Shown piece by piece: positions 44,055-64,000 of a stretch of 64,000 nt of DNA (position 1 is the stretch's first letter; each line of letters opens with the position of its first letter). The stretch lies in assembly GCF_009914755.1 (NCBI RefSeq), contig NC_060925.1. The stretch is one strand, 5' to 3'. Source of the stretch: the human T2T-CHM13v2.0 reference genome, Homo sapiens. Position numbers and translations under genes: made by a program. The notes beneath the pieces are model-generated. The model was not told the origin of the DNA and ran no database searches. It saw only the letters and a list, made by a program, of their open reading frames with translations.

Positions 44055-44899
44055 TTACGATTATTTGCTTGAAGTGAATAAAGAATGTTTTCTGTATTAC
44101 TCTTCTATGAATTACAGTAGTCAATACCATTCAATCTCAACTGTTATCACTATTGAAATGGCCTCAAAAATAAACTGCCCTTTCAAAAATCAAGCAGATG
44201 GAAAAGGAAAAATCCATATTGATTTCAAAAGTACAGCTGCCCTCATCTGAAAACTACTTCATCTTAAATTTCCTAATATGATCATGGCTGGCTGCGATTC
44301 ACCACAGCTTCCAACAGCCGACTGGAGAGCGTTTTTCCAGAATAACTAGTATGTTTGCTTCAAGACAAATTATTTGACAAGGTTAAGGAAAAGATGTGAA
44401 AGCTAGATAATCCATTAAGAATCTTTTTTTAAAACTTCAAGGCATTTTATTTATACTTCTTTTTTTTTTTTTTGAGACAGTCTCGCTCTGTCGCCCAGGC
44501 TAGTGTGCAGTGGTGCAATCTCAGCTCACTGCAACCTCCGCCTCCCGGGTTCAAGCTGTTTTCTGCCTCAGCTTCCCAAGTAGCTGGGATTACAAGCACC
44601 CACCGCCATGCCCAGCTAATTTTTGTATTTTTAGTAGAGACGGGGTTTCACCATCTTGGCCAGGCTGGTCGTGAACTCCTGACCTTGTGATCCACCCACC
44701 TCGGCCTCCCAAAGTGCTGGAATTACAGGCGTGAGCCACCATGCCTGGCTATACTTCTTAGCTTACTTTTTTGTTACGCGTATATATTAAGAACTTTTAA
44801 AAGTCCAAATTAAAGAAGCATGCCTAGACATCATTAAAATAGCTATCAATGCCCATGACAATCCTGTAGCTCAAATAGTTTACTTTAGAATGTCAAAAT

Positions 44900-45010
44900 T
44901 GATTTTGTAATAGTCAGGACAGGATAAACAGTCGCTATATTAAGACCATGTACGTGTCCCTAGACCTAGTTCTTTCCCTACGTCTGTTTTTATAAATGCT
45001 GGTGATAAAC
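44900..45010 (+). ncRNA. SNORA72 (H/ACA snoRNA U72) retrocopy, lacking ~20 nt of the 5' end
   Basis: tgattttgtaatagtcaggacaggataaacagtcgctatattaagaccatg...cctagttctttcccta...ataaatgctggtgataaac matches recalled SNORA72 with scattered substitutions. Confidence 0.82.
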
Positions 45011-45189
45011 CAGGTCTGATTAATATATAATCATTTTGTGTGATTATGTAACGGCTATAATTCTAGGTTATCTTTGGTCAACCTTAAGAAAAATGGCAGT
45101 ATATGTAATGACTTTTGCAAATGATCAGTGCTAATTTGCAGACTTTTGTTTAAAGAGGGTTTAAACAAAATAAGAAAATTTCATGATTA

Positions 45190-45933
<744 letters not shown>

Positions 45934-46250
45934 TAATTTTTTTTGTATTTTTAGTAGAGATGGGGTTTCACCGTGTTAGCCAGGATGGTCTGGATCTCCT
46001 GACCTTGGAGACCGCCTTGGCCTCCCAAAGTGCTGGGATTACAGGCATGAGCCACCATACCCGGCATAATTTTTGTATTTTTTATAGAGGTGGGTTTTTG
46101 CCATGTTGCCCAGGCTTGTCCCGAACCCCTGCCCTCAAGCGATCCCCCTACCTCGGCCTCCCAAAGTGCTCAGACTACAGACGTAAGCCTCCGCACACCT
46201 TTTGGACTGGTGTGCCAGTTCACACATGCCTGTGATAGCAACTGCGTTCT

Positions 46251-46990
46251 GAACTGCAGGGATACATTTACTTGTCAGCACCTGAAAACTTCCTCCTGAG
46301 TTGAGTCCAATTATCAGCTTCATGTGCCATCTGCCAATCCAGATGAAACTTGGCAAATACAAAGCTGTCCTTTTCCAGGTGACACTCCCCACCTTCTTTT
46401 TCCTCCACCATTTCATTAACAACTAAAAAGCTCCTGCATGATCAGACCTGTGTATCTATCCATCATCAAATCCCACTCCTTTTTCGAGACTGGGACCCTC
46501 TGGAGGCTGACCCAGCCACGCATTTGCTAGCATGCCCTGCAGACATGACCCTCGCTGGGCTCTGATCAGCCTTCAGGCCTCCACTCCAGGTGTCACTGTT
46601 CTGTCTCCCCTCTGCTCTCACAGCCTTCTCTGCTAGATGTCTCAGCCGTGCTGGCCCTCTCTATTTCAGAAGTGAATGTACTGAGAGGGTCTTAGGGACT
46701 TATTAATAATGCTCCTGGGGTCGGATGTAGTAGCTCATGCCTGTGATCCCAATACTTTGAGATCACTTGAGCCCAAGCGTTTGAGACCAGCCTGGGCAAC
46801 AAGGTGAGGCCCCATCTCTATCAAAAATTCAAAAAAGTAGCCAAGCATGGTGGTGCACGCCTGTGATCCCAGCTCCTCGGGAGACTGGGGTGGGAGGATG
46901 GCTTAAGCTCAGGTCAAGACTGAAGTGAGACATGAGGCCACCACTGCACTCCAGCCTGGGCAACAGAGCAGGACTCTGTCTCAAAAAAAA
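46251..46990 (+). repeat. Left arm of a local inverted duplication (non-Alu part 46251-46720 plus shared AluJ); may extend further left
   Basis: Manual alignment to the reverse complement of 63536-64000. Confidence 0.93.
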
Positions 46991-48499
46991 CAAAACCCAC
47001 TATAACCATAATACTATTATCACACTTAAGAAATTCATAATTCCTTAATATCATCACATATCCAATTGATATCTGAGTTCAATTATTTCATGTCAATGTT
47101 TTTAAACTATTTCAATCAGAATCTAAATGAGGTCAACACGTTGCAATTGGTTGGTATGTCTTTTAAACTCCTTTTAATCTACAGGTTTCTCTTTTTTTGC
47201 CTTGAGTTTCATTTATTAGAGAACCCAGACATTGTCCCATATAGTCTCCCAGAGTTGGATCTTGCTAGTTTCATCCCCACGGCCTAGTTTAACACATTCC
47301 TCTGTCCTTTCTATTTTCTTTTTTTTTTCTTGAGAGGGAGTCTCCGTCTGTCCCCCAGGCTGGAGTGCAGTGGCTCCGTCTCAGCTCACTGCAACCTCTG
47401 CCTCCCAGTTCGAGCGATTCCCCTGCCTCAGCCTCCTGAGTAGCTGGGATTACAGGCGCCTGCCACTACGCCCAGCTAATTTTTTTATATTTTTAGTAGA
47501 GACGGGGGTTTCACCATCCTGATCAGGCTGGTCTCGAACTCCCGACCTCAGGTGATGGACCCGCCTCTGCCTCACAGAGTGCAAGGATTACAGACGTGAG
47601 CCACCGCACCCGGCCAAATGTCCTTTCTATTTTCTATAAATTAACAGTCAGATCTAGGGGCTCGATCAGATTTGTGTGTGTGTGTGTGCCGTGTGCGCGT
47701 GCACAGCATGTTCTTTGACTAGGAGGCACACCTGCTTTGGTTATCTTCTTTTTGTAATCTTTAAGTTGCTCTTTGATGTAGACGTGGTAACTAATGTTGA
47801 AACAAAATTAGTTTCGTTTCAAAACCTTTCTTTCAGGAAGAGGTTGTGGTTGATTACTTCTGCGACAGGTAGATGCAAGGTTGAGCAATCATCTCTTAAC
47901 AGAAGTGGTCACACTAGAATAATTCAAGCACAACAACAAATCCCACATCATCACCCCCTCTTAATAATGGTGTTTTCTTTTTACTTGATTAGCTTTTAAT
48001 TGTCACGCACTCTGCATTTTTTCCCTGAGGTATTATTTCCAGAAGGCAGCGAAATATGACTCAATGGCTAATTTGCTTTTTAAAAATTAAACAAAACTTA
48101 GGCCAGCTGCCATTTAAGAAGGGCTCCGGGGCCTCCAGACTCGGTGTGACCGTAGCCGTGCCCGGTGCTCCCCTCGCGGAGGCGTTAGGGCGGCAGGTTT
48201 ATCTCACTTGAGACCATTCCTTCCTTTTTCATCTTCTCCGGGCTCCGGCGCAGCAGGCCGCAGGGGCGGGCACTCGCAAGAACGCGGCATCCTGGATGGT
48301 GGCCGAGTCACCGAAGCTCAGAACCCCGCGTCCCAGAATCGCTGAGAGCCGGCCCCGCACGGGGGCCTGGGAGCGCCACGCGCCCTCCACCCAGAGAGGC
48401 AGGCGGGCGGGCCGGGGGGGGCGGGGCCTCGGGACTCCGCCCACGCCTCCGTCTCCTCCGCGCTCCGCCACAGCCGGCCGACACCACACCAGCCGGGGA

Positions 48500-48517
48500 G
48501 CCGCCGCCGCCGCCGCC
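48500..48517 (+). repeat. (GCC)6 in the DEGS1 5'UTR
   Basis: gccgccgccgccgccgcc followed by acc. Confidence 0.9.
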
Positions 48518-48525
48518 ACCTCTGA

Positions 48526-48765
<240 letters not shown>

Positions 48766-49658
48766 TAGCAGCCTGCTCCCCGTCGCGTCCCGTCGCCGCT
48801 CGGGCCGCCAGCCCGCGGGTCAGCGCGGGAGAGGCTGGGCGAGGAGCGGGGGGAGGGACGGGTCCTCGGAGCCGCGCAGCTCCGACCCTTCCGCGAAGAG
48901 GCGCAGGCGCGTCCCCGAGCGCGGGAGTCCCCGCCAGGCCCACGCCGGCCGGTTGGGGCGAAGGGTGTCCCCGGCTGTGCCAGCCTTGAGTAGATCTTTT
49001 CGCTAGAAGATTCCTGTGCCCTCAGGTGGGCGCCCTTTCCTCTCACCACTCCCTCTCCTCCGGAGCGGGCCGAGGTGAGCGGGTGCCGGCCCTGGGGCTG
49101 CCTGAGTGCTAGGCAGGGTGTGGTCCTGGGCATCCTTGGGCCTACCAGCGAGCCCTGCTCAGGGTGTCGGGCGCCGGCGGGCAGTACTGGCGGGGGCGGC
49201 CGCAGTCCCGGCCTTGGGCCCGTTAAGGGGGCCGGCGTCCCTCCATATGCCCCCCGGGGCTTCTCGGACTTGATGGGCCCTGGTCGGTTCACGCCGCTTG
49301 TCCCATTGATCCTCACGACAAGCCTGGGACGTAAGAACGGCGGATTCGTAGGCATTTTTCATCCATCTCGGTTTTGTGGATGAAAAGACTGAAAATGGAA
49401 GACTTGCCAAATAAGGAAAATATGTGGCGTGGCCTGCTGGTCCCCTGACAGCTAATTGAGAGGCCTTAACTCTCCAGAGGATTCGGGCCTTCTGTGTTAC
49501 ATAGAGAATGCTCATCTCTCCCAGGCTACTCCTAATATGCTAGGGATTGTGTGGAATGCTTTACAAACATTACCCAATTTCATCCTCTTGGTAATTCTAC
49601 TTGGTTGGTATTATCGCTGTTTTAAAAAATGAAATAAGAACGCGTGACTAAATGCTAG

Positions 49659-49995
<337 letters not shown>

Positions 49996-50210
49996 TGATC
50001 CGCCCGCCTTGGCCTCCCGAAGTTTTGGGATTACAGGCGTGAACCACCGTGCCCGGCCAGAGCACGAGCTTTTTAACCTCTGTTGAGGAAACGGGGACCG
50101 GTCACGGTAGCTCAGGCCTGTAATCCTAGCACTTCGGGAGGCTGAGGCGGGAGGATCGCTTCAGCCCAGAAGTTTGAGACCATCCTGAGTAACATAGTGA
50201 GAGCCCCCCG

Positions 50211-50213
<3 letters not shown>

Positions 50214-50251
<38 letters not shown>
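50214..50251. repeat. (AC)19 microsatellite in DEGS1 intron 1
   Basis: Direct count; forms the tail of an Alu monomer. Confidence 0.95.
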
Positions 50252-50253
<2 letters not shown>

Positions 50254-51383
50254 TTTTTAAATTGAGGAAACGGTGAGTTGAACATGAGCAATTATTCCTT
50301 ATATATAGTATTTCCTTAGTTTTTCTTCTCAACATTCATTTGCCCAGTGAAAAGAAAAAGCAAGTAGCTGGGACCACAAGCGCACACCACCATGCCTGGT
50401 TGATTTTTCTATTTTTTGTAGAGATGGGTTTCTCCGTGTTGCCCAGGCTGGTCTTGAACTCCTGGGCTCAAGCAATCCGTCCGCTTTGGCCTCCCAAAGT
50501 GCTGGGATTTTAAAGGCGTAAGCCACTGCACCCGGTAACTTTGGGTTCTTGAATTCCCTTCCTCCTCTTCTTCCTCCTCCCCTACACTCCATTAGAGAAA
50601 GGGTCTTGCTTTGTTGCCCAAGCTGGAGTGCGGTGGTTGTTCACAGGCATGATGATCACTGCAGCCTGGGCTCCAGTGGTCCGCATACCTCAGCCTGCCA
50701 GTAGCAATTTGTTTGGCACATCACTTACACATACTTGATATGAGATAGCATGATACTTTTTTGAGACGGAGCCGCACTCTGTCACCCAGGCTGGAGTGCA
50801 GTGGCCCAGTCTCGGCTCACTGCAACCTCTCCCTCCTGGGTTCAAGCAGTTCTGCCTGCCCCAGTCTCCCGAGTACCTGGGATTACAGACGCCCGCCACC
50901 ATACCTGGCTAAGTTTTTCTATTTTTATTTTTAGTAGAGACAGGGTTTTGCCACATTGGCCAGGCTGGTCTCAGATGATGCGCCTGCCATGGCCTCCCAA
51001 AGTCCTGGGATTACAGGCGTGAGCCACCCTGCCAGGCCACATATGATATATTTTATCAATGCCTTATCTACATGTTACATAGGAATAATCTAGCGTCCTA
51101 CCTGTGTAAAAACCAACTCTGGAATACTGAAACTGAGCTACTTAATATTCTGAAAATCAGGACGGGTGTGGTGGCTTTTTTTTGCCTGTAATCCGAGCAC
51201 TTTGAGAAGCTGAGGCAAGAAGATCGCTTGAGGCCAGTTCAGAACAGCCCCATCTGCACGAGAAATTAAAAAATTAGCTAGGCGTGCATGCCTGTCCCGC
51301 TACTCAGAAGGCTGAGGCGAGAGGAACACTTGAACTCAGGAGTTCGAGGCCAACCTGGGCAACATGGCAAAACCCCATCTCTA

Positions 51384-51597
<214 letters not shown>

Positions 51598-52290
51598 TCA
51601 CACTGAGCCTTTTTTCCCCCCACAGACTTATCACTGAACCATTTCACTGGGAAAGTAAAAGGACCACATATTTCTTGGCCGGGCATGGTGGCTCACGCCT
51701 GTAATCCCAGCACTTTAGGAGGCTAAGGTGGGCGGATCATGAGGTCAGGAGATCGAGACCATCCTGGCTAACACGGTGAAACCCCATCTCTACTAAAAAT
51801 ACAAAAAATTAGCCGGGCGTGGCGGCAGCCACCTGTAGTCCCAACTACTCAGGAGGCCGAGGCAGGAGAATGGCGTGAACCCGGGAGGCAGAGCTTGCAG
51901 TGAGCTGAGATGGTGCCACTGCACTCCAGCCTGGGCGACAGAGTGAGCCTCCGTCTCAAAAAAAAAAAAAAAAAAAAAAGAAGGACTACATATTTCTCAA
52001 TGAAAATACAGTGTACAATGTTTTCCATGCAGGTGTAAATACTAACTCATGTTCTGTTTCAGGGTGGGAGATGGAATAACCTGTAGAAAGAATCTTTAGA
52101 TTTGTTTAAATTATACACAAATGATAAGAGATCTTTCTGAAAGTATTGACTTTTTGGCGGGGGAGGGAAGGGGCCTGATAGAACAACCAACAATTGTACA
52201 CTTTAAGTTTACATTTAGAGTTCACATTAAAAGTTCATTTACAAGGCATCTGTTTGAAATTCGTGAGGATGAGCTGGGCTGGGTGGCTCA

Positions 52291-52602
<312 letters not shown>

Positions 52603-52899
52603 TTAACATGATACAGCTTTTTAATGTTTTATTTTTTGAGAGAGAGTCTCACTGTGTTGCCCAGGCTGGAGTGCAGTGGTGTGATCATAAATTCTTGGGC
52701 TCAAGTGATGCTCCCGCTTCAGCATCCTAAGTAGCTGGGACTACAGGCTTGTGCCACCTCACCTGGCTAATTTTTTTTATTTTTGGTAGAAATAGAATCT
52801 GTTTGCCCAGGCTGGTCTTGAACACTGGGCCTCAGGCAGTCTTTGTGCCTCAGCCTCCCAAAGTGCTGGATTAATGGTGTGAGCCACAGCACCTGGCCA

Positions 52900-54320
<1,421 letters not shown>

Positions 54321-54793
54321 TTATATTGGTAGCCTGTAGTATTGGTTTTTATATACTATTACAATTTTGGGAAAATTCAGTACAGAATTACTTGGAGCAT
54401 GTTGATTTGTCTGAGAAAACTGTGAATACCAGTTTCATGATTTTAGGGTAACTACAAAATGTATATTATATTCTATCCTTTGTCAGATGTGTTAATTTAA
54501 TCGTTTTATATAAGGTAAGAATGCTGTACCTCTGTCTAAACACAGAAATAACATGTATTTTAATATAAAGAATGTGGAACTTCTAAACTTTGAGGCTAAT
54601 TTTTCCTGCATAAATTCTCAAATTATTGTGACATGATATTTCATAACTTTACTAGTAGAATCCTTCCCTGTGTTATTAAATATCCACTAAAGTCTCTAGT
54701 AAAGGGAATATGATTTACAGAACAAATTTAATGTGTTAGTTTAATTGGTGTTAATTTAATTATAATTGGTGAACTATTACATACTTTTCTTAG

Positions 54794-55843
<1,050 letters not shown>

Positions 55844-56400
55844 TAAAAAAAAAAAAAACAAAAAGAGCAAGAATATAAATACTGCATCTTCCAGCCTACT
55901 TTTACAAAGGGTTCACTCTTGGGTCCTTAAGCTTAGTGGTTACACTTAGGATTTATTTTTAATTTTATTTTTTAACTTTATGTTTTTTTAGAGACAGGGT
56001 CTTGCCCTGTCACCTAGTCTAGAGTGCAGTGGTACGATAGCTCACTGCAGCCTCAACTCCTGGGTCAAGCGATCCTCCCACCTCAGCCTCCTGAGTAGGC
56101 AGGATTATAGGCACGTGCCACCATGCCTGGCTAATTTTTTATTTTTTGTAGAGGCAGGGTCTTGCTGTGTTGCTCAGGCTGGTCTCAAACTCCTGGATTC
56201 AAGTGATCCTCCTGCCTCAGCCTCCCAAGTAGCTAGGACTACAGCCACATGCTATGACAGGCTGATTTTTTAAATAATTTCTTTTAATCCTCCAAATGGT
56301 TTGTTAAAATTTTTAACATTTTTAACATTTTTATAGAGCTGGAGTTTCCTGGATGGGTGCAGTGGCTCACACCTGTAATCCCAGCACTTTGGGAGGCCTA

Positions 56401-57048
<648 letters not shown>

Positions 57049-57575
57049 TAGGCTGGTCTCGAACTCCTGACCTCAGGTGATCCACCCGCCTCGGCTTCCC
57101 AAAGTCCTGGGATTACAGGTATGAGCCACCGCACCCAGCCAAGTGCTTAATTTCTATCTAATTAGCATGCCACAATTTATTAGTATTTGTAAGTTCCTGG
57201 ATGGCAGGGATCAGATGTTGCCTTTATATTCTATGGCGTCATCCATGCAGTACATTCTTTAATAATATCAAGTTAATCTAATTGTATGTATTTGTTGTTA
57301 ATTTTACAAATAAGCCAGATATTTAGTCCCTTGGAATGTGATGGGAGAGAGACCTAGAGGGTCGAGTGTATTCAACTGCTGCTGAAATGTAGACTGCTTT
57401 TTGTTTAGAATTCCCACAGCTGCTGCTGCTGCTGCTTTTTTTTTTTTTTAAGAGAGAGGAGGGAGGCAGGTCTCATGGTTTCCCTTCTCAGTGTTTGTGT
57501 CAACCATTCATCAGTCATCTTTGAAAGAACCTAGTAACACTCATTTTTCATCTTGCTGTATTTTTTCCCTTCTAG

Positions 57576-58685
<1,110 letters not shown>

Positions 58686-59153
58686 TTCATTTTTCAGGTG
58701 TGTTGACTCTCACATTAGAAACTGCTCAACTGATAAAGACTTTCATGTTATTTCACTGCAGTGGGAACTGGCTGTGGTCTGATGGTAGATCGTTGGTCTC
58801 AAGTAGCTGGTAGCATGGGCTGTTGTTATGTCAGCAGTCTTGCTTACCTCAAATATGTCACTTGGATACGTTTAGTGTAATATGGTGAATTATTTTAAAA
58901 ATACATCAGCAGCTGGGTGTGGTGGTTCACACCTGTAATTCCATGCTTCGGAAAGCTGAGGCAGGAGGATCGCTTGAGACCAGGAGTTTGAGACCAGCCT
59001 GGGCAACATAGTGAGACCCCATCTTTTTTTATTTTTTATTTTTTGAAATGGAGTCTTGCTCTGTTGTCCAGGCTGGAGTGCAGTGGCGCAATCTTGCCTC
59101 ACCACAACCTCTGCCTCCTGGGTTCAAGCGACTTTCCTGCCTCAGCTTCCTGA

Positions 59154-59465
<312 letters not shown>

Positions 59466-60234
59466 TGACAAACACCCTCTAAAAAAAAAAAAAAGTTGGC
59501 TACATTGCAGTTTCGTAAAGAATAAAACAACACCCAGAATGCTGAGGGCGGGGTGAGGAGTAGAATCCTCTGTGGGACTGCCAGGCCTGTCTCACAGACC
59601 TCATTTCATCCCCAAAATACTTTGCTTTCCCTTCCTGACCCCCTTGCCTAGGAAAATTCCTAGTATCTTCTAATCTGTTACTCAAAGAACAATCAAAGAG
59701 TGACAATAGAACCAAGTTTACAATTCAGATTTTACTCAGTCACTAAAGTATCTGCAAAACATACCCCTGGATTTGATGCTAGATCATAGAGATCATGTAC
59801 TCCCATCAAGTCTATAGAACTCTGGCCAATGGCACCGGGCGTGGTGGCTGTAATACCAGTACTTTGGGAGGCTGAGGCAGGTGGATCACGAGGTTAGGAG
59901 TTCAAGACTAGCCTGACCAATATGGTGAAACCCTGTCTCTACTAAAAAAAATACAAAATTATCTGGGCATGGTGGCATGTGCCTGTAGTCCTGGCTACTC
60001 GGGAAGCTGAGGCAGGAGAATCGCTTGAACCCAGGAGGCAAAGGTTGCGTGAGCCGAGATCACGCCCTGCACTCCAGTCTGGGCGACAGAGCAAGACAAC
60101 GTCTCCAAAAAAAAAAAAGGCCAGGCGCGGTGCCTCACGCCTGTAATCCCAGCACTTTGGGAGGCCGAGGTGGGCGGATCACGAGGTCAGGAGATCAAGA
60201 CCATCCTGGCCAATACGGTGAAACCCCATCTCTA

Positions 60235-60429
<195 letters not shown>

Positions 60430-61008
60430 TTAGCCAATGGCTGCAGCTGCCATGTAAATGCTGAAAACCTCCAAATCTATCACTTCAGACCTCTCACTAC
60501 CTGCTGGATGCACAGAGTGGGTTGTCATCCCTCTCCAAAACTCCAGTCTCCACTTACATAACCACTTCTTTCCTGAATGGAAGTTTCAGTCTTCGTAGCA
60601 GGCATCCCGATTATTCTGGCTCCCATCTGCCAACTCGATCCATTCTTTAAGAGAGCTACCAATCTGGGCAGTAAGAAGGCTGGGCCCCATAACCTCTAAA
60701 GAATAACTCCAAACAAAATTATCCGGGCCTGGTGTTGTGTGCATCTGTGGTCCTAAGCTACTCAGGAGGCTGAGGTAGGAGTTTCGCTTCTTTTTTTCTT
60801 TTTTTTTTGAGATGGAGTCCTGCTCTGTCGCCCAGGCTGGAGTGCAGTGGCTCGATCTGGCTCACTGCAAGCTCCGCCTCCCGCGTTCACGCCATTCTCC
60901 TGCCTCAGCCTCCCGAGTAGCTGGGACTACAGGCGACCACCACCACGCCCGGCTAATTTGTATTTTTAGTAGAGACGGGGTTTCACCGTGTTAGCCAGGA
61001 TGGTCTCA

Positions 61009-61191
<183 letters not shown>

Positions 61192-61629
61192 CTAAGAAAT
61201 CACTCAGTAGCTTTGCATGAGTTCTCCCTTCTGTTGTAAACTCCTTTCTCCGTTTCTCTTCTGGTTCAAAGTTTCACACCTTCAAGGCTCACAGCAGCCT
61301 TCTGTTACCCACCCCCAGTCCCCAGCAGGTCAGGTGTCAATTTTTTTGACTTTGAGAACCAATGATTATCTCTTCATGGCCCTAATCATACCATTGTGTA
61401 AATAGGCACTGTTTCTCCATAAGTTGTAACTCCTTAAGAGCAGGACACATCTTTTATTTCTGTTTCCCAAACCTAGCAGGGTGTTTGACTTAAAGTAAGT
61501 GCTTGATAAATGGAGAGAGACCAGCAGGGAGAGTCCTTGAACTTGAGAAGCTTTTTCTAAAACAAAAACACAGCCAAAGACAGGGCACTTGTATAATCTT
61601 TAGGTAAAAGTATTTTATGCTACAAATAA

Positions 61630-61962
<333 letters not shown>

Positions 61963-62911
61963 TGATCCAACCACCTCGGCCTCCCAAAGTGCCGGGATTA
62001 CAGGTATGAACCACAATTTATTGTATTTAAGTCTCAACATTTATATGCTATAAGCAGTACTATTAATATCTTCATTTTGTAGATGACAGAAAAGGCTTAG
62101 AGAGATTAAGTAACTGGCCGAAGGTCACACTTAGTAAACTGCAGAAACTGAACCTGAAATGCAGACTCTGTGGACTCCAGACCCAAAAGCCTTAACCATA
62201 TTCCATTTGGCTTACATTATGAGCCTCGTCCTGAAACAGTAATGAGAATGAAAATCACATGTTCCTATTACTACATACATACTCTACTGCCTCATTAACC
62301 ATTTCCTGTATGCCAGCATTTTGGCTAGGTCTCTGTTTTTTTCCAACTCTTGAATCTAAAATTCAAATATGAAACATTAATGTTTAAATCCATGCAAAAA
62401 ATGCATTTATGTATTCATTTATTCATTCTACAGATGCTTTTGGCAGGCTTGCACTAGGCAGTGAGGATACAAAGACAAAATGTTGCCCCAAATTAAGGAG
62501 CTAATGCTCTAGTGCTGGGAGGTACATGTTAAGAAAGAAAGGACTTAAAACAGGAGAATTAGGATGTGGCTGGGACTGAGTAGAGGGCACACATTGCTAT
62601 CGCTGATCAGGGTGAGTGCTCTGCCAGGCTGTACGTGCAAATATTGTGCTAATCCACGGCAGCCTGGGAAGGTAGGTATTGTCTCCCACACTTTTCACAG
62701 GAAGAAACAGGGTTAGGCAAGTAACTAGCCTGAGGTCACACAACATGGGCCAGGGCCTGAAGCTATGTGTGTTAAAGCCAATGCTTTATGCTATTCCTCT
62801 TGGAAGCTCTTTGGACAAGTTCATGTATTTGTTAGGAAAATCTTCTAGAAGCCTTAGCCATTTGGAAGGAAGCAAGAACAGTTTGATGACCTAGGGCTAG
62901 GAAGGCTCTGA

Positions 62912-64000
<1,089 letters not shown>

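Noticed and set aside
46560-46640. Explaining the inverted arms as two independent L2 fragments
   Set aside because: Part of the arm looks L2-like, but 83-97% identity and a shared AluJ junction far exceed what independent ancient copies would show.

Overview
Primate (almost certainly human, 1q42 region by gene content) genomic DNA, extremely Alu-rich. It holds the last two coding exons and ~4.3-kb 3'UTR of FBXO28 (+), ~21 kb of intergenic DNA, and the complete 3-exon DEGS1 gene (+, 323 aa sphingolipid delta(4)-desaturase) with its CpG-island promoter. Nearly all ORFs in the supplied track are Alu-derived noise. The most interesting structure is at 40.37-41.72 kb, where one L1-endonuclease target site was hit four times (U1 snRNA 5' fragment, intact ZNF706 retrocopy, two Alus), leaving five copies of the target duplication. 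Read on the + strand, the 31-nt U1 fragment supplies a strong-context ATG and a consensus splice donor in the phase needed to join DEGS1 exon 2, and the CpG-rich ZNF706 5'UTR lies just upstream as a candidate promoter. This predicts a retro-assembled alternative first exon giving a non-myristoylatable 302-aa DEGS1 (MVSPQL-AKYPEIK...). DEGS1 is also bracketed by a >=470-bp, ~83-97% identical inverted duplication (46.25 kb and the window end). There is a SNORA72 retrocopy that appears 3'-extended, and a tight miR-18/130/17 site cluster between two AATAAA hexamers in the FBXO28 3'UTR. Repeat family names come from recall of consensus sequences; repeat boundaries are approximate.
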